Below are positions 9,579-18,543 of a stretch of 64,000 nt of DNA, one piece after another; the first letter of the stretch is position 1; every line of letters starts with the position of its first letter. Source of the DNA: Bacteroidaceae bacterium (GTDB lineage: Bacteria > Bacteroidota > Bacteroidia > Bacteroidales > Bacteroidaceae). The stretch lies in assembly GCA_016292045.1 (NCBI GenBank), contig JAEEZX010000006.1, positions 7,757 through 71,756 on the forward strand, given 5' to 3'. The translations under genes were made by a program, and so were the position numbers. Below the pieces are notes generated by a model, which was not told where the DNA came from, did not search any database, and worked only from the letters and a program-made list of their open reading frames with translations.

Positions 9579-10568
9579 ATGCAAGTAGACGACCGCCTAA
9601 AGCGCTTGATAATAGATAATCGCATGCCGCAAGCACTGCTTTTAGCAGGCGGTGCGGAGAGTGGAGCCCTGATGAAGGGACTCCGTTTGGCTCGTGCACT
9701 GCTCTGTGAGAAGCAGGACGGTGAAGTGTGTGAGAACTGCTCCGGATGCCACATGACAAGGACATGGGCGCATCCCGACCTTATCTTCTCACTGCCCGTA
9801 TACAAAAAAAACTCCAACGATCATCCTATCACTGACGACTGGATGAACCAGTGGCGCGAGATGCTGGAGGATACGCCAAGTCCGAAACTGGAGGACTGGA
9901 TGGCAAGAATAAACAGTGAGAACCAGCAACTTACCATCTACGTCAGCGAGAGCGACAGATTGCAGCAGAAACTGCAGTTGCATGCCACGATGGGCGGTAG
10001 ACGCGTGGTGTTTATCTGGCTGCCGGAAAGACTCATGGAGCAAGCCGCCAACAAACTGCTGAAAATCATTGAAGAACCGCCAAAAGGGACACATTTCATA
10101 CTCGTATCTGATGAGCCCGAGAAAGTGCTGGGTACAATACAAAGCAGATGCCAGCGCATCGACGTGCCGCAAGGGAAAAAGACAAATAACAGCGAGGACG
10201 AAAGATATTTCTTCAGCCTCTTCGTGGAACTCATGAGACTGGCATATATGCGCAAGATAAAAGACCTCAAGGCCTGGAGCGAAGAAGTGAGCCGTATGGG
10301 ACGCGAGAGACAGGGACAGATGCTAAGTTACTTTCAATTCCTGCTTCGTGAGAATTTTATTTACAATCTGAATAGACCCGAAATGGTATCCCTGTCAAAA
10401 GAGGAAGATGAATTCAGCAAGAAGTTCGCCCGCTTCATAAACGAGAAAAACGTCATCCCCATCATGGAGGAGACCGAGTTGGCGCAGAGAGACATCGTGC
10501 AGAACGTGAACGCCCGTATGGTGTTCTTCGACTACGCACTGAAAATAATAATACTAATGATACAATAA
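9579..10568 (+). CDS. holB: DNA polymerase III subunit delta-prime-like
   Basis: 329 aa. MPQALLLAGG, a degenerate Walker A, a C-x-x-C-x-x-C zinc module (CENCSGC) and KLLKIIEEPP are typical of clamp-loader delta-prime. Confidence 0.7.
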   Translation: MQVDDRLKRLIIDNRMPQALLLAGGAESGALMKGLRLARALLCEKQDGEVCENCSGCHMTRTWAHPDLIFSLPVYKKNSNDHPITDDWMNQWREMLEDTPSPKLEDWMARINSENQQLTIYVSESDRLQQKLQLHATMGGRRVVFIWLPERLMEQAANKLLKIIEEPPKGTHFILVSDEPEKVLGTIQSRCQRIDVPQGKKTNNSEDERYFFSLFVELMRLAYMRKIKDLKAWSEEVSRMGRERQGQMLSYFQFLLRENFIYNLNRPEMVSLSKEEDEFSKKFARFINEKNVIPIMEETELAQRDIVQNVNARMVFFDYALKIIILMIQ

Positions 10569-10583
10569 TATTTGGGAACACAC

Positions 10584-11738
10584 ATGAGTCAAGATAACAT
10601 CACATACAAAGGCGGTCCGGGACACGGACTCGTGGGAGGCGGATGGAATGTAGGACACTACTGTCAGCACAACGTCTTCGACTATTTTGCCGACCTGCCC
10701 GACAACCAAGTGGTGACCGATTTAGTAGAGGTGCAATTCAAGAACACCCGAAAAGGATACTACCATAATTGCAACCATCTGGAGATAAAGAAAGGCGACA
10801 CTGTGGCTGTGGAAGCTTCGCCAGGGCATGATATCGGAGTGGTGACACTGACCGGACGTTTGGCTCAGATGCAGATGCTGAGAGCACACCTTAAAAGCGA
10901 AGACGAGGTGAAGAGACTCTACAGATTGGCGACGGAGACCGATATGGAAAAATTCGAGGCCGCCAAGAGCCGTGAGCATAAGACAATGATTGAATCACGC
11001 CAGTATGCCAAGGACCTCGGTCTGGAGATGAAAATCGGTGATGTTGAATATCAGGGCGACGGCGGGAAGGCCATCTTCTACTACATCGCGGAGGGACGCG
11101 TGGACTTCCGACAACTCATCAAAGTGCTGGCAGAGGCTTTCCACGTGCGTATCGAGATGAAACAAATCGGAGCACGTCAGGAGGCCGGACGCATCGGAGG
11201 ATTCGGTCCCTGCGGCAGGGAACTTTGCTGCGCCACATGGATGAAGAACTTCCAGAGCGTAGGTACCGCCGCTGCGCGATTCCAGGACCTTACACTCAAC
11301 TCGCAGAAGTTGGCAGGACAATGCGCCAAACTCAAATGCTGTATGAATTACGAGGTAGACCAGTATATTGAAGCCTCAAGAAAACTGCCTCCGAGAGATG
11401 CTGTACTATCCACACAGGACGGAGAATTCTATTGGTTCAAGGCTGACATCCTGTCCGGCAATGTCAGTTATTCCAGCGATAAGCGCCTCGCTGCCAATAT
11501 CACGACAATCACGGCAGAACGGGCCTGGGAAATCATTAATATGAATAAGGCCGGGGAGAAGCCGCATGCACTGGAGGCAACACGCAAGAGTGCCGCACCC
11601 ACATCTGTTGATTTGGCCACACAGGACGACCTGCACCGATTTGACGATGTACTCAAAAGCAAGAAAAAGAAAAAGAAGAAGAAAAAACATGCTAAGGCTC
11701 AAAATAGCCACGACGCTGATTCTGGCACTGACGCTTAG
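10584..11738 (+). CDS. PSP1 domain protein (RicT/YaaT-like) with poly-lysine tail
   Basis: First ATG of the 388-aa ORF (the track start is TTG). PSP1-like core GRELCCATWM...CAKLKCC. A run of 9 Lys lies near the C-terminus. Confidence 0.75.
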   Translation: MSQDNITYKGGPGHGLVGGGWNVGHYCQHNVFDYFADLPDNQVVTDLVEVQFKNTRKGYYHNCNHLEIKKGDTVAVEASPGHDIGVVTLTGRLAQMQMLRAHLKSEDEVKRLYRLATETDMEKFEAAKSREHKTMIESRQYAKDLGLEMKIGDVEYQGDGGKAIFYYIAEGRVDFRQLIKVLAEAFHVRIEMKQIGARQEAGRIGGFGPCGRELCCATWMKNFQSVGTAAARFQDLTLNSQKLAGQCAKLKCCMNYEVDQYIEASRKLPPRDAVLSTQDGEFYWFKADILSGNVSYSSDKRLAANITTITAERAWEIINMNKAGEKPHALEATRKSAAPTSVDLATQDDLHRFDDVLKSKKKKKKKKKHAKAQNSHDADSGTDA

Positions 11739-12417
11739 CAGTTGCCGCGAGGGAGTGTGCTACCATCACTTTCAGGAGATTCCACAAGAAGGATGGAGCC
11801 ACCGTGACACGCTCTCGTTTCCTCTGGGGCAGGACAGTTTGGCACCATATCGTAAGATGTGGATAGAAGCGCGTGTAGAGTGCGACTACCCCTACTCCAC
11901 TCTGCCACTCATCGTTGAACAGCGCGCCTCTGAGGGACATCTTGAAGACAGTGTCACTCTGTTGCTGTCGGACGACGGCACACGCCTTACTGGCAAAGGT
12001 CTGCGACTCCTGCAATATCGTCAGGGGCCGTTCACAATAGAAACCGCAACTACGGAGATACGTATTCGCCACACCGCCGGAACCGTAAAGCTACTTGGTA
12101 TCAAGGGAGTGGGCATTGAAACAAAAGTAGCAACGGCAGAAGGAGAATCACGTGTGTTTAAGCCGCTTCCTACCCGCGTCTATCCTAAGAAATATAAAAA
12201 GAAGAAGAGTGAAGCCCCAGAGACTGCTGCCACCATAACTGAAGAACGGCAGGGGAATGCCTATCACAGGAGTGAGTCCCAGAACCATACCTATGTTGAT
12301 AAACACGTGGAAAAGGAATATACTGAGGACACAGTAGCCGTAAATACGTCCAAAACTGTCGACTTGCCTCTCAGCCAAAGCGATGAGACGGAGAATCAGG
12401 GCCAGAAAGAGCAATAG
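11689..12417 (+). CDS. gldH: GldH-like lipoprotein with run-on 3' extension
   Basis: Internal ATG gives MLRLKIATTLILALTLSSC, a lipoprotein signal with lipobox Cys. The synteny PSP1-gldH facing rodA is typical of Bacteroidetes. The last ~97 codons are antisense to rodA. Confidence 0.55.
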   Translation: MLRLKIATTLILALTLSSCREGVCYHHFQEIPQEGWSHRDTLSFPLGQDSLAPYRKMWIEARVECDYPYSTLPLIVEQRASEGHLEDSVTLLLSDDGTRLTGKGLRLLQYRQGPFTIETATTEIRIRHTAGTVKLLGIKGVGIETKVATAEGESRVFKPLPTRVYPKKYKKKKSEAPETAATITEERQGNAYHRSESQNHTYVDKHVEKEYTEDTVAVNTSKTVDLPLSQSDETENQGQKEQ

Positions 12418-13620
12418 TACCACTGCACATCCCACAAAGCCTTCTTCTTCACCCACTGTGCAGAAAATGAAATCCGTATCCTGTTCGGGCACATATTTGA
12501 GTTTTGTCTGAGTGCCACAAAGGAAACCCTTGCCCCTAAGACCACCGCTGCCGATGGCTATCTGCGCCTGTATCACGTTGTAGCCGGCTCCCTTCGGATC
12601 GTCCTCCAAACCGAGCAGCACCCTGACACGCGTCTGCTGGTGAGGCTGCAGGACATCCGTCAAAAGATAATCCACACTGTAGAACGTGGCAATGCTACCC
12701 AAAGAGAACAGCGCGATATAAATATAGCGCATCACATGATCCTTGAAAGCCAACAGCACAAGGTATACGATGTCAAACACCAATACAAGCAGCACTACCC
12801 AGGACGCATCGAAAGGCAACACATAGTGACTGAAGAACACCGCACACACGATGATGAGAAGTCCCCAGAGGGACACCCGCAGGAATTCCCTTCTGTCTTC
12901 TCCATATATCATAAGAAGAACGGATGTGAAGATATGTATCAGAGTCAATACAAGGTATTCTCCCAACTTTATCTGCTCCACACCCCAAAGGGGTATTTCC
13001 GCATAACGGGCACCTATTACAAAATACATCACGGCTGCGATGCCAGTAAACAACACGCTTCCCGTCATTCCCTCACGATAGCACATAAGGAAAAACGACG
13101 CATATACCAATGCGCTTCCTGTCTCCTTCTGCATAATAATGAGGATCATCGGTACCAGGAATATCAGAGAAGCCAATATCAGGTGCAACCATTTTGACAG
13201 CTTCAATTTATATACGCTTATCACTTTGGCCGCACACAAAGCAGTGGTGAACTTTGCGAACTCTGCCGGTTGCAACTTTATACCGTATCCCAAATCTATC
13301 CACGAGAGACTGCCTTTCGTGTCGTGCGCCAGAAACGGCGTTACTACAAGGAGGGCAACCATACCCAGATAAAGCAGATAAGAAAGGGATTCGACAATGC
13401 GTTCATCCACACTGAGCACCGCCACACAGAGAACTATCGCAGTGCCTATCCACATAAGTTGTTTTCCGCTGCGGCTCGCAAAATCGAATATACTGCCTCC
13501 TGCATCAAAATCATAACTGGCACCACACACACTTATCCACCCCATTACCATAAGGGCCACGTAGAAGAGAATGGTTATCCAGTCTACAGAACTCCATACG
13601 GAAAATCTCTCACTCTTCAT
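12148..13620 (-). CDS. rodA: Rod shape-determining protein RodA (SEDS glycosyltransferase)
   Basis: 490-aa polytopic membrane ORF. C-terminal PLPFFSYGGSS motif. Lies downstream of mrdA. Confidence 0.85.
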   Translation of the reverse strand: MKSERFSVWSSVDWITILFYVALMVMGWISVCGASYDFDAGGSIFDFASRSGKQLMWIGTAIVLCVAVLSVDERIVESLSYLLYLGMVALLVVTPFLAHDTKGSLSWIDLGYGIKLQPAEFAKFTTALCAAKVISVYKLKLSKWLHLILASLIFLVPMILIIMQKETGSALVYASFFLMCYREGMTGSVLFTGIAAVMYFVIGARYAEIPLWGVEQIKLGEYLVLTLIHIFTSVLLMIYGEDRREFLRVSLWGLLIIVCAVFFSHYVLPFDASWVVLLVLVFDIVYLVLLAFKDHVMRYIYIALFSLGSIATFYSVDYLLTDVLQPHQQTRVRVLLGLEDDPKGAGYNVIQAQIAIGSGGLRGKGFLCGTQTKLKYVPEQDTDFIFCTVGEEEGFVGCAVVLLLFLALILRLIALAERQVDSFGRIYGYCVLSIFLFHVFINIGMVLGLTPVIGIPLPFFSYGGSSLWGFTLLLFIFLRIDAGRKRLKHT

Positions 13621-15475
13621 CTCCTGCAGTGCTTGTTATAATGTGACGATTCTGGAACATCTCCGCTTTCTTCTCCGAATACTCCGAAAGATGTCCGTTG
13701 ATATACTGCTCCATCATCAGTGCCCCTATCGGCACTCCGTAGGTTGCACCCCACTCTCCATTCTCCACATATACACAGATGGCTATCTTCGGGTCGTCCT
13801 TGGGAGCGAATCCCATAAATGCCGAATGGTCCTTGCCGTGAGGATTCTGCGCAGTACCTGTCTTGCCGCAAACCTCATACATAGAAGTCTCTGCCGAACG
13901 ACATGTGCCGCCCGTCACGGCCCGACGCATTCCCGCCACCACCAGTTCGTAGTTCTCCCTGTCCACCATCGTGTAGCGTCTCGTACGGTAGAGGGAATCC
14001 AACGGTTCGTCCTGAATATGCTTCACGACATGAGGAGTGATAAACCATCCGCGATTAGCGATTGTCGCTCCTAGATTGGCTATCTGCAGAGGAGTGAGAG
14101 TCACCTCGCCTTGTCCGATGGAGATACTGATAACGGTGAGTCCGTTCCAAGAACCGCTATTCACCTTATCATAAAATGCCGCGTTGGGAATCATGCCACG
14201 CTTTTCTCCCGGAAGATCCACCCCGAGAGCATATCCGAATCCCATTGACACCATATAGTCTTTCCATGTTGTCATAGCATCCTGCACCGTGGGATACTTG
14301 TGTCTGTTGCTGAACATACTCAGCAGGCCCCAGCAGAAAAACGCATTGCACGATGTGGCTATTGCCGGTTCGAGAGGAAGCGGTGCCCCGTGAGAGTGAC
14401 ATCCTACAGTAAGACCGCCGTAATGGAAACCGCGTGAACAGGGAAATGTGGTGGACGGTGTGATGATACCTTCCTGGAGGAACGTGAGAGCCTGGCCCGT
14501 TTTAAACGTACTACCGGGAGGATAAGTACCCATAATAGCACGATTCAGCAGCGGTTTATTCGGATCCTGACTGAGCTTAAGGTTATTCTTTCCTCTCTGT
14601 CGTCCTACCATAATACGGGGGTCGTAGGCGGGAGACGACACCATGCAGAGAATCTCCCCTGTCTTCGGTTCTATCGCTACTATACCTCCCTTCTTACCTT
14701 CCATCAGCCTTTCGCCCAGCGCCTGCAGGTCTGCATCAATGGACAGGGTGAGATTTTTTCCCGGCACAGGCATCTTGTCGTACTTACCGCCTTGATAGTG
14801 CCCTTTGATGCGACCTCGTGCATCGCGCAAAAGTATCTCCTCTCCTTTTATGCCGCGGAGTTGTTTCTCGTAAAACCTTTCCACTCCGAGTTTTCCGATA
14901 TAGTCTCCCATTTTATAATAATCGTCGGATTCTATATCCTTGGGACCGACCTCACCGACATCACCAAGGATGTGTGCTCCTATCGGGCGCTCGTATTGAC
15001 GGATACTGCGCTTCTGAATATAGAAACCGGGATAATGGAACAACTTCTCACGAAATCTCGAGAACTCCTCCACAGACAGTTGCGACATGAAAAGCTGCTG
15101 CGTATAGTTGCTGTAACCGGGATTTCTCCACGGGTCCTTAATCTCCTCCATACGTCGGATATACCAGTCCTTATCAATACGCAAATCGCGGCAGAGACCC
15201 ATCGTGTCAACGCCCTTCTGCTCGTTCATGATAACCATTATGTCGTAGGCCGGCTGGTTGTATACCAACAGCTGCCCCTTACGGTCTCTTATCGCTCCAC
15301 GGGCCGGATACTGCACTCTGTGGTAGAATGCATTACTGTCTGCCTTGATACGAAAATCTTCACTGAGAAGCTGGAGAAAAAAGAGACGAATAATATAGAT
15401 GAGTACTATGACAACAGCTATACCTCCAATGACCCACTTCCTGCCTTCTGCATTATAGTCTCTTTCTTCTAACAT
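13610..15475 (-). CDS. mrdA: Penicillin-binding protein 2
   Basis: 621 aa with an N-terminal TM segment. Transpeptidase motifs STFK, SxN region and KTGTA. Confidence 0.9.
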   Translation of the reverse strand: MLEERDYNAEGRKWVIGGIAVVIVLIYIIRLFFLQLLSEDFRIKADSNAFYHRVQYPARGAIRDRKGQLLVYNQPAYDIMVIMNEQKGVDTMGLCRDLRIDKDWYIRRMEEIKDPWRNPGYSNYTQQLFMSQLSVEEFSRFREKLFHYPGFYIQKRSIRQYERPIGAHILGDVGEVGPKDIESDDYYKMGDYIGKLGVERFYEKQLRGIKGEEILLRDARGRIKGHYQGGKYDKMPVPGKNLTLSIDADLQALGERLMEGKKGGIVAIEPKTGEILCMVSSPAYDPRIMVGRQRGKNNLKLSQDPNKPLLNRAIMGTYPPGSTFKTGQALTFLQEGIITPSTTFPCSRGFHYGGLTVGCHSHGAPLPLEPAIATSCNAFFCWGLLSMFSNRHKYPTVQDAMTTWKDYMVSMGFGYALGVDLPGEKRGMIPNAAFYDKVNSGSWNGLTVISISIGQGEVTLTPLQIANLGATIANRGWFITPHVVKHIQDEPLDSLYRTRRYTMVDRENYELVVAGMRRAVTGGTCRSAETSMYEVCGKTGTAQNPHGKDHSAFMGFAPKDDPKIAICVYVENGEWGATYGVPIGALMMEQYINGHLSEYSEKKAEMFQNRHIITSTAGDEE

Positions 15476-15962
15476 AATCCAGCAAAAGCCCCAAGGGATA
15501 GGACACCAAGAGAGAAGTGAGACACGACATGCTCATACCCGGGAAATCCGTAAAACAGAAATCCTCAAGTACGAAAAACACAATATGGTGTAAAAGAAAC
15601 AGTACGAATATATATACCGGATATCGGGCTTTTCCTATGGTGGCGTACGACGGCTCTATCGTCTCCATCGTCTCCTTCGGCACCAAAGCACTGAGCAAAG
15701 GGCGCTGCACGAATGCGGCACACGTGAGGGCTGCTGCACTCATACCCGTTGTACCCGAGAACATATCCAGTATCAGGCCACAGAAGAACGATGCAATCAT
15801 CAACCTTATCGGCGGTGTGTTCAATGGAGCCCACACCACAAACAACACCATCACCAGCGGTATTGCATACATGCCCAGATGGATATGATTCAATACAACA
15901 ACCTGCAACACCAGCAACGCTGCAAGCTGCATCAATCGGCGCACAACATCCTTTCCCTGCAT
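15453..15962 (-). CDS. mreD: Rod shape-determining protein MreD
   Basis: 169-aa hydrophobic ORF between mreC and mrdA. Called by position and membrane character. Confidence 0.65.
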   Translation of the reverse strand: MQGKDVVRRLMQLAALLVLQVVVLNHIHLGMYAIPLVMVLFVVWAPLNTPPIRLMIASFFCGLILDMFSGTTGMSAAALTCAAFVQRPLLSALVPKETMETIEPSYATIGKARYPVYIFVLFLLHHIVFFVLEDFCFTDFPGMSMSCLTSLLVSYPLGLLLDYVRRKRL

Positions 15963-15965
15963 ATC

Positions 15966-16766
15966 CTAGTTGTTCTTAATCACAATCACATTTTCCAGGC
16001 GAGCCATATCCGTAGACAGCTGCACGGAGAGACGGAAACTCAAACCGTCCGGCGAAGTCCCGACTTTATTTATCCTACCTACGAAGATGCCGGCTGGGAA
16101 CACCTGCGAATAGCCGCTTGTTTCAACAGCCTGCCCCACTCTGACACGAGCGTGGTGCGGCACGTCATCCATTGTGGAAACCAGCATGTTTCCGCCCTGC
16201 CAATGGAGATAACCGATATAGCCTGTTCCGCGTATACGACATGTTATGTTGCTTCTAGTATTGAGAATACTCATCACTTGGGCACTGTGCGTACTCACCT
16301 GAGTAACAATACCCACGATGCCCGTTCCGCATGCCACGCCCATACCTTCTTCCACGCCGTCCTTGCTTCCGCGGTCTATAGTAAGCGTGTTATCCAGGAG
16401 CCATACGCTGCAAGCTGTCACACGGGCTGGTATCAATTCGTATCCTGCCAGACTTGCGGCCAAAATACGTTCTGTCTCCGTGCTGTCGTGACAGAGAACC
16501 GCAACTGCCTCCCTCAGTTGTGCCACCTGCTGTTGCAGCAACACGTTGCGCTGGGTGAGTTCGCGATTGTCACTTATCATGTGACTGTACCTCAACAGGC
16601 TTGATTCCACACCGAGCAACTTGGACACTACGATATTCGACTGGGTGAAAAACACACTTCCCTGATAACTGTTGTGTCGTACAACAAGAAACAGACTTGT
16701 TCCCTCCAGAAGGAGGAAAACAAGCCAGTGTATCTTTTTCCAAAGAAAAGTGAATATCGTTCTCAA
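15966..16766 (-). CDS. mreC: Rod shape-determining protein MreC
   Basis: 266 aa. N-terminal TM, a coiled region and beta-rich C-terminal domains. Lies directly downstream of mreB. Confidence 0.75.
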   Translation of the reverse strand: MRTIFTFLWKKIHWLVFLLLEGTSLFLVVRHNSYQGSVFFTQSNIVVSKLLGVESSLLRYSHMISDNRELTQRNVLLQQQVAQLREAVAVLCHDSTETERILAASLAGYELIPARVTACSVWLLDNTLTIDRGSKDGVEEGMGVACGTGIVGIVTQVSTHSAQVMSILNTRSNITCRIRGTGYIGYLHWQGGNMLVSTMDDVPHHARVRVGQAVETSGYSQVFPAGIFVGRINKVGTSPDGLSFRLSVQLSTDMARLENVIVIKNN

Positions 16767-17786
16767 CTACATCAGGAATGGGAAGTTGTGGATATTCTTG
16801 AGCACCGCACCCGTACCCTTCACAACGCTGTGAAGCGGATCTTCGGCCACATGGAACGGAATATTCAGTTTATCCTGGAAACGAGTGCTCAGACCACGGA
16901 GCAGGGCTCCGCCGCCGGTGAGCCATATACCGTTGCGCACGATATCGGCATACAATTCCGGCGGTGTATCCTCCAAGGCAGCCAGAATGGCACTTTCAAT
17001 CTTTGCAATTGTCTTCTCCAGACAGCGTGCCACCTCCTGATACGTGACACTCACTTCCATCGGCAGAGCCGTAATCTTGTTAGGACCGCACACAACGTAA
17101 TCCTCCGGAGCCTCATCGCCCAAATCGGACAACGCACTGCCCACATTTATCTTGATACGCTCGGCCATACGTTCACTGACACGCACATTGTGCTGACGGG
17201 ACATATATTCCTGAATGTCCTCCGTGAATTCATCGCCTGCAATTCGCAGGCTCTTGTCGGAAACGATACCTCCCAACGAAATCACAGCGACCTCCGTCGA
17301 ACCGCCGCCGATGTCAACCACCATATTACCTTCCGGGGCAAGAACATCCAAACCTATACCTATTGCGGCAGCCATCGGTTCGTAGACGAGATACACCTCA
17401 CGTGCTCCGGCGCGCTCTGCGCTGTCGCGCACGGCACGCAGTTCCACTTCCGTAGAACCGCTGGGCACGCCTATCACCATCCTCAGCGACGGCGTAAAGA
17501 GATGTTTGCCTGTATCCACCATTTTGAGCAGTCCGCGCATCATCAGCTCGCATGCGTTGAAGTCTGCTATGACACCGTCTCTAAGGGGACGCACCGTACG
17601 GATATCGGGACTCGTCTTCTCATACATCATCTTGGCCTTTTCGCCAACAGCAACCATCGCACCCGTCTGACGGTTCATTGCCACCACACTGGGCTGGTCC
17701 ACCACGATGTGATTATCGCAGATGATGACGGTGTTTGCTGTACCGAGGTCCATCGAGACCTCCTTAGTAAAACTAAAAAATCCCAT
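16767..17786 (-). CDS. mreB: Rod shape-determining protein MreB
   Basis: 339 aa. Actin-fold motifs DLGTANT and VVDIGGGSTEVAVISLGG. Confidence 0.95.
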   Translation of the reverse strand: MGFFSFTKEVSMDLGTANTVIICDNHIVVDQPSVVAMNRQTGAMVAVGEKAKMMYEKTSPDIRTVRPLRDGVIADFNACELMMRGLLKMVDTGKHLFTPSLRMVIGVPSGSTEVELRAVRDSAERAGAREVYLVYEPMAAAIGIGLDVLAPEGNMVVDIGGGSTEVAVISLGGIVSDKSLRIAGDEFTEDIQEYMSRQHNVRVSERMAERIKINVGSALSDLGDEAPEDYVVCGPNKITALPMEVSVTYQEVARCLEKTIAKIESAILAALEDTPPELYADIVRNGIWLTGGGALLRGLSTRFQDKLNIPFHVAEDPLHSVVKGTGAVLKNIHNFPFLM

Positions 17787-17806
17787 GATTTTCTAATTAT
17801 TTCTCC

Positions 17807-18400
17807 TTACTTGCAAAAATATGAATGGATGGCTGTATCATAGTGACTGCTTACGCCGAATGCCTGCTTTGCGAACCACTTTCTGTCCTCAATGTCGCTC
17901 TCGCCGCCTTTTTTCCGGAGCAAGTCAAGCAGGGGCTTGTATTCAGCCTTGGAAGGAACGATGATGACATCCCTGAAGTTCTTCGCACCTGCTCTGATGA
18001 GAGAAATGCCGCCTATATCTATTTTCTCTATGATATCAGCCTCGCAGGCGCCGCTCTTCACAGTCTCCTCGAAAGGATACAGATCCACAATTACGAGATC
18101 TATTGCAGGAATCTCATACTGTGCCATCTGCTGCTGGTCGCCTTCGTTCTCGCGACGTCCCAGTATGCCTCCGAACACCTTGGGGTGCAATGTCTTCACT
18201 CTGCCGCCGAGAATGCTCGGATATGATGTCACATCCTCCACCTTCGTGCAGGGAATGCCCAGACTCTCGATAAAGGACTGTGTGCCGCCGGTGGAAAGCA
18301 GCTCCACTCCCTGAGCGTGCAACGTCTTGAGAATCTCATCCAGCCCATCCTTATGGAAAACGCTCACGAGAGCGCGTCTGATTTTTCTGTTTTCTGCCAT
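17807..18400 (-). CDS. purH: IMP cyclohydrolase (MGS-like) domain only; PurH N-terminal domain without the AICAR transformylase domain
   Basis: 197 aa. ALVSVFHKDGL, LSTGGT, GGRVKTLHPK and DIGGISLIRAGAKN match the PurH N-terminal domain. The stop at 17807 lies 20 nt before the mreB ATG. Confidence 0.8.
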   Translation of the reverse strand: MAENRKIRRALVSVFHKDGLDEILKTLHAQGVELLSTGGTQSFIESLGIPCTKVEDVTSYPSILGGRVKTLHPKVFGGILGRRENEGDQQQMAQYEIPAIDLVIVDLYPFEETVKSGACEADIIEKIDIGGISLIRAGAKNFRDVIIVPSKAEYKPLLDLLRKKGGESDIEDRKWFAKQAFGVSSHYDTAIHSYFCK

Positions 18401-18441
18401 ATTTGTAATACCTATGATTTGTTATTCCACATTTTCGTGCG

Positions 18442-18449
18442 CAAAATTA
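18442..18449 (-). promoter_or_regulatory. -7 promoter box (TAATTTTG on minus strand)
   Basis: Plus strand reads CAAAATTA, about 42 nt upstream of the purH' ATG at 18400. Confidence 0.5.
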
Positions 18450-18513
18450 TAAAAAAATGAGGAGTTAATCTCCATACTGTTTTCAAAAAAGACATCAGAA
18501 AGAGTTTTTTTTA

Positions 18514-18521
18514 TATTTTTG
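18514..18521 (+). promoter_or_regulatory. -7 promoter box TATTTTTG
   Basis: Match to TAnnTTTG 23 nt before the ATG at 18544. This argues against the ORF-track start at 18523. Confidence 0.5.
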
Positions 18522-18543
18522 CATGCGAACATACTGTTATGAG

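Noticed and set aside
11566-11688. N-terminal extension of the gldH ORF (start at 11566 in the ORF track).
   Set aside because: It lies entirely inside the PSP1 gene in another frame, with Arg/His-rich shadow sequence. The lipoprotein signal peptide begins at the ATG at 11689.
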